From the human T2T-CHM13v2.0 reference genome, Homo sapiens, in assembly GCF_009914755.1 (NCBI RefSeq), contig NC_060935.1: a stretch of 64,000 nt of DNA; one strand, given 5' to 3'. This document shows, piece after piece, positions 57,115 to 64,000 of the stretch (positions within the stretch are counted from its first letter, which is position 1; each line of letters opens with the position of its first letter). Below the pieces are notes generated by a model, which was not told the DNA's origin, searched no databases, and saw only the letters and a program-made list of their open reading frames with translations. A program made the translations under genes and the position numbers.

Positions 57115-57380
57115 TAAAAACAGTAAGAATAGCTAGCATTTACTGATGGCTTACTATGTTCAAGGCATTATACAGAATTTTAAAATGTATTATCTCACTA
57201 AATATTTTCAATAACATCATGAGGTAGCTATTGTAATTTTCCTTGTGTCACAGATGAGGAAATTAAGGCACATAGAGATATAGTAACTTGTTTATGGTCA
57301 CTTAGGAAGTAGAGCCAGGATTTAAAACTATGTTTCTTGTTGCATAGTCTGGGCTTTTCACCACTACTCTTTACTGCCTT
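57115..57380 (-). mobile_element. MIR
   Basis: acagatgaggaaattaaggcaca...gtagagccaggatttaaa core. Confidence 0.8.
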
Positions 57381-57504
57381 CATTTCATAAACATTGGTTG
57401 AGTAAAAGAAATGAAAAAAAGGGGGGGGAATTCTGCTATATATCCTCCATTTTTTTTTCATTAATCATTTATTTGGTGCTTACTACCAGTTGGCATAATG
57501 CTAG

Positions 57505-57977
57505 TGACAGTCTTTACTTGACCAAACTTTAGTCAGGCTCTTGAACCTTCTTCTAGGCCCACCTGTGCACTTCCTTGTAAAAGCTACTTTTAACAGGAAC
57601 CCTGCAAAGTTGGTTTAGTGAGAATTTCTTAATCTTCCATATCTGATTACCCTTGAAATCTAATCAGATTCCTCAGTCCCCACCATTCCCCAGGTGATTC
57701 TGATGACTTTGGCCTGTCTTCAGCAAGAATCCCATTAGGTTGGTTTAGCCAGAAATCCCTGTACCCCTGATATTTCCTCTTAGTAATTTTCCATCCACTG
57801 ACCTCACTTTGCTCCTTGGCTATAAATTTCCACTTGCCTATGCTATATTCAAAATTGAGCCCTGCTCTGTACTGAAGTCTCTTTTCGCCTATTGCTTCCT
57901 CTATTGTAATAGTCCTGAAAAAAAATCTGTTTTTAATGCTTTAACTACTGACAAGCTCTGGTTTTTTGTTCATACCA
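57505..57977 (+). mobile_element. MER31-like ERV1 solo LTR
   Basis: tgacagtc...gaccaaactttagtcaggctc; ccttggctataaat TATA box; TG...CA termini. Confidence 0.8.
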
Positions 57978-58688
57978 GTGGAATGACAGGTGTATTAAGA
58001 GACTCTGCCATGAACAAACTTACATTGTAGAGAGCATATCAAATAATTACCTTGTCATAATGGTTGACAGTATACAAGGTAGCCAAATACATGATGATAA
58101 TATAATGTGTAGCACACCTACATTAGCAATGATGGGGCCTTGTATACTAAATGTCAATAAAGTTAACAGACCACCATCAAGCATTACTTTAATAGGCTTA
58201 GATCATTTATTAAAAAGTAATTAAATTGAAATGTAATTTATTTTCTGCTATTTAATTTAAGTTACATAATGAAATTTGGGCAATATAATGGATTATTTTT
58301 ATATGAATATAAATGTTTGGATAATGCATTTTTTATATACTTGATTTATGTTCATATTATATGAAGTTCTATACTGAAGATATAGATCTTCTAAATTTCT
58401 CATTTGTTTTCAATGAAAATTCTTCACCTTTACAGATTTACATTTCTGATCTTACACCGCACTCTTGAAAAATTTGGGAAAAGAGAACACTGTTTGAGGT
58501 AGAGGGATTAATGTGTTTGGGAAAGCCTCTGAAAGATGATATTGTTTAAAGTGAATATTGAACGTGGAATAGAAATTTGTGAGGTAGCAAAGAGGGTTAG
58601 AACATTTAGAGACAAATAGAGGCATTTACAAATAGAGACATAAACAAATAGGGTTTAGAAAAACATTCTTTGTTTTTGGATTTGATAC

Positions 58689-59468
<780 letters not shown>

Positions 59469-59828
59469 ATATGAAATTTGACATACTTAACTTGACAATC
59501 CTTAAAATTTGCACTTGATCTTAATGACAGCACTTGTTTCCTTCACAAGGTGGAGATAGCTAGGTACAAATGTTTTTACATAGAGAAAAGATTAACTCAT
59601 GAGTACTGATTTAGTACTACTTTGGAAGTGTATTTTAATTCTGGCTTTAATATTAGGTGAGTTTACCATAGAGTTGCCAACCTAGAAATAATTAGACAAG
59701 GCAACACAAAGTAGAAGAGTAATAAACATCAACCAATAATTGGTTCTCACTTTTAGTTTTTTTAAAAATAAATGTATGTGCTTATATTTGCTTATAGCTC
59801 ACTGTATATGGCCATTTTTATTTTTTAG

Positions 59829-59960
59829 ATTGCTCTCCCCAGTCTTTATCAGACCCTCTGCTTTGAAGATGCAGCTCTGTGGCGTACTTATTATAATAAT
59901 TCAATGTGTGAGCAAGAGTTTCCATCTATCCTTGCAAAGAAAGTTTCCTTATTTCAGCAG
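59829..59960 (+). CDS. DYNC2H1: DYNC2H1 exon, 132 nt: IALPSLYQTLCFEDAALWRTYYNNSMCEQEFPSILAKKVSLFQQ
   Basis: tttttag acceptor, CAG/gtaaaa donor. Confidence 0.95.
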
Positions 59961-60594
59961 GTAAAATTTAGTGTTATCTAAATGCAAAAAAGTGTTTAAT
60001 GTTTCTCTTATTATTCAGAAGCCATTTAAAGGAAAGCTTTGCTTTTAGAGTGTTACTTTACCTTTAATGGCGTATTTGGGGAAGGGCTTGATCCTTTTGC
60101 CACCTTATTGACAATTAAATCACGCCAAAGTTTCTGGGTCTGGTTTCTCTCTCACTGTGGCTTTTTTTATTCCTTTTGTCTCAGACCCGAGGGGGATTTT
60201 GTAATAGGAAAAATGTATTTCAGAAAGAAACTAAGGTACAAATTGTACAAGTTTTACAATCATTTCCCAGAGTTATTTTTAAGGAAAAGACCTAATAGTG
60301 AGTAACAGGGGATTTTTCCCATTCTATTTTAAAATAGAATGTTGAAACCTACTGGCAGGTTCCGCTCAAACTTTTTTGCTAGTCAAAAAGCTTAGAGTGG
60401 GAGAGCTCTTCAGAAGTTGATGCTCCAGAAAATGACCTTTCCATTTATCTCTTCTCTGGATCTAACCCCTTTGTGTCTCCATATACAGTGAATTCTATTT
60501 CCCCAAAAGTGCTTAAACAAAAAGGAAAATGACTAAGAAAAAATTGATTTGAAAACTTAAACATCTAGGAATATCATAGATATGCATGAATCAG

Positions 60595-60716
60595 TAGTCC
60601 CAGCTACTTGGGAAGCTGAGGTGGAAGGATCACATGAGCTCAGGATTCGAGGCAGCAGTGAGATGTGATTGCACCACTGCACTCCAGCCTGGGTGACAGG
60701 GCAAGATGCTATTTCT
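60595..60716 (+). mobile_element. AluJ right-arm fragment
   Basis: tagtcccagctacttggg...ccactgcactccagcctggg. Confidence 0.85.
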
Positions 60717-61106
60717 ATTTTTTTTTTAAACGTAAAAATAGTGATTTGAAAATTTTAGGGAGGATTTCTGGTTTCTGGGCCTCTGTTTGCTGTCAACAGA
60801 AATGCCTCATCTACGTACCATGATTTTCACCTGCCATTTAGCCTTTTATTAGATCCAGAAGATGTTTCTAACCCTGTTTACTTTTGATGATAGGCTTGAG
60901 GAAGTAAATGGATTTCAGTAATATTTTTGATATATACTTGCTATATACCTATTGTGACAGTTTAAAGCACAGTAAATAATATGGAACAATGATAAGTGTT
61001 CCCATATTTAGTAAACATTTGTTTAATTAGTTAACATTAATTATTGTTTAGTTAAAGTAGTTGCAGCAACTTTATTCTTTAAAAATATTCTGCATTTTAT
61101 TTTAAG

Positions 61107-61179
61107 ATTCTTGTAGTACAGGCGCTAAGACCGGACAGATTGCAAAGTGCCATGGCTCTTTTTGCATGTAAAACTCTGG
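61107..61179 (+). CDS. DYNC2H1: DYNC2H1 exon, 73 nt: ILVVQALRPDRLQSAMALFACKTL(G)
   Basis: tttaag acceptor, TGG/gtaagt donor; LRPDRL dynein motif. Confidence 0.96.
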
Positions 61180-61864
61180 GTAAGTGTGATGCTTTTCAAG
61201 AACTAGACCACTGACCTGAATTATTTGTTTTTAATTTACCTTTCATTTTATGTTAGCCTGAGTTTAGAAATGTTATAATGTCTCTTTTATTCATTCTGTT
61301 TATTTATCTTCCAATCTCTACCTGTTTTAGAAAAATAATTCTCGGCTGGGCATGGTGGCTCATTCTGTAACTGCCCAACAGGTTCACCTTGCCTGCTGCC
61401 TAGACAGAGCTGATTTAGCAAGACAGGAGAATTGCCATGGAGAAAGAGTAATTCACACAGAGCCGGCTGTGTGGGAGACCGGAGTTTTATTATTACTCAA
61501 ATCAGTCTCCCTGAGCATTGGGGGTTACTATTTAAAGATGATTTGGTGGGTAGGGGCTTGGGAAGTGGGAAGTGCTGATTGGTCAGGTTGGAGATGGAAT
61601 CATAGGGGTTTTCAAGCGAGGTTTTCTTGCTGTCTTCTGTTTCTAGGTGGGATCACAGAAATGGTTAGGTTTTACAGTAGTGGTGTTATCCCCAGGAGCC
61701 ATTTGGAGATGTTCAGACTCTTGCAGCCACAGGCTGCATTACCCCTAAACCATAATTTCTGATTTTGTAGCTAATTTGTTAGTCTGCAAAGGCAGACTAG
61801 CCCCCAGGCAAGAAGGGGGTCTTTTTGAAAAAGGGCTGTTATGAATTTTGTTTCAGAGTCGAAT

Positions 61865-62914
<1,050 letters not shown>

Positions 62915-63361
62915 AAACCATAAGCTAAATTCCTTCCCAAGGATAGTTCAGCCTACATGCAGGAATGAACAAGGTCAGCTTAAAGGCTAGAAGCAAGATG
63001 GAGTCGGTTAGGTCTGATCTCTTTCACTGTCATAATTTCCTCAGTTATAATATTTGCAAAGGTGGTTTCAGTACCTGTAATCCCAGCACATTTGGAGGCT
63101 GACGGGGGAGGATTGCTTGAGCCCAGTAGTTTGAGACCAGCCTGGGCAGCATAGTGAGACCTTGTCTTTAGTAAATATTAAAAAATGAGCCAGGCACGGT
63201 GGCATGTGCCTGTAGTTCCAGCTACTCAGGAGGCTGAAGTGGGAGGATTTCTTGAACTCAGGAGTTCAAGGTTGCAGTGAGCTGTGATTCTGTCACCACA
63301 TCCCAGCGTGGACAGCAGAGCAAGACCTCATCTCAAAGAAAAAAAGAAAAATGATTCTCTT

Positions 63362-63797
63362 TGTTGGATATAACCCATATATAATGTTGAATTAAATTTG
63401 ACATCCTATATTTAGTTACGATATTTGGACTGAGTGTTCCTCAATCCAATATGATTGGTGTCCTTACAAGAAGACATCCATGTAAAGACAGACACGCAAG
63501 GAGAGTATAATGTGATTATGAAGGCACAGATTCAAGTTGTGCAACTGCAAGCCAAGGAACACTGAAGATTTTTAGTCAACCACGAGAACCTAGGAAGAGA
63601 TATGGATGTGTTCTTGTAAGGACACCAGTCATATTGGATTGAGGCACACTCTTGTCCAGTATGACCTCATTTGAAGTTAACTAATTCTATTTGCAATGGC
63701 CCTATTTTCAAAAAGGTGAACCTTTTGAGGGACAGGGGTTAGACTTCAACATATCTTTTTTTTTGGGTTGGGGGGAGACACAATTTAACCCATAACA
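63362..63797. mobile_element. MLT1B/C-type LTR pieces in inverted arrangement (+ 63362-63600, - 63601-63797)
   Basis: aatccaatatgattggtgtccttacaagaag and its reverse complement; ...acacaatttaacccataaca terminus. Confidence 0.8.
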
Positions 63798-64000
63798 CCT
63801 ACCAACCAAGCTTTTCACATAATGCCTATCTTCTGCCTCACCCATATGCACACAAATATTTTGAGTCACTTTTTAGACTGGTCACCTGGTTGGTTAATGA
63901 TGAGTATATGGAAATAAGTCTGGATATGTTCTGTGCTTTTGCTTACTTATGCAGGGGGAGGAAATGTCACTATTTATTCACCTCTGATAGAATGTTTATG

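Overview
Primate, almost certainly human, genomic DNA lying entirely inside DYNC2H1 (cytoplasmic dynein-2 heavy chain, the retrograde intraflagellar-transport motor), transcribed on the + strand. I found 17 coding exons with AG/GT boundaries (4836-61179) that splice into one open frame. They run from the stalk return coiled coil through AAA5 with its buttress to the approach to AAA6, and include a 21-nt alternative microexon (IIGLKSW). The introns are mostly transposon-derived: L1s, about 15 Alu copies or fragments, MIR/L2, DNA-transposon MITEs, several LTRs and a decayed ERVL-like pol. I see no evidence of a new gene or stand-alone system. The most interesting signals are in the splicing architecture: (1) a perfect 30-bp tandem duplication copies a splice donor in frame without a stop; (2) the microexon has an SRRM3/4- and Musashi-type motif layout with a candidate poison mini-exon just downstream; (3) an antisense AluJ has ready-made splice sites; (4) eight consecutive exons are phase-0 symmetric; (5) a four-layer nested Alu/LTR8 structure and a fold-back hairpin lie near the 3' end. 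Gene identity, exon numbering and repeat subfamily names come from recognition, not database searches.
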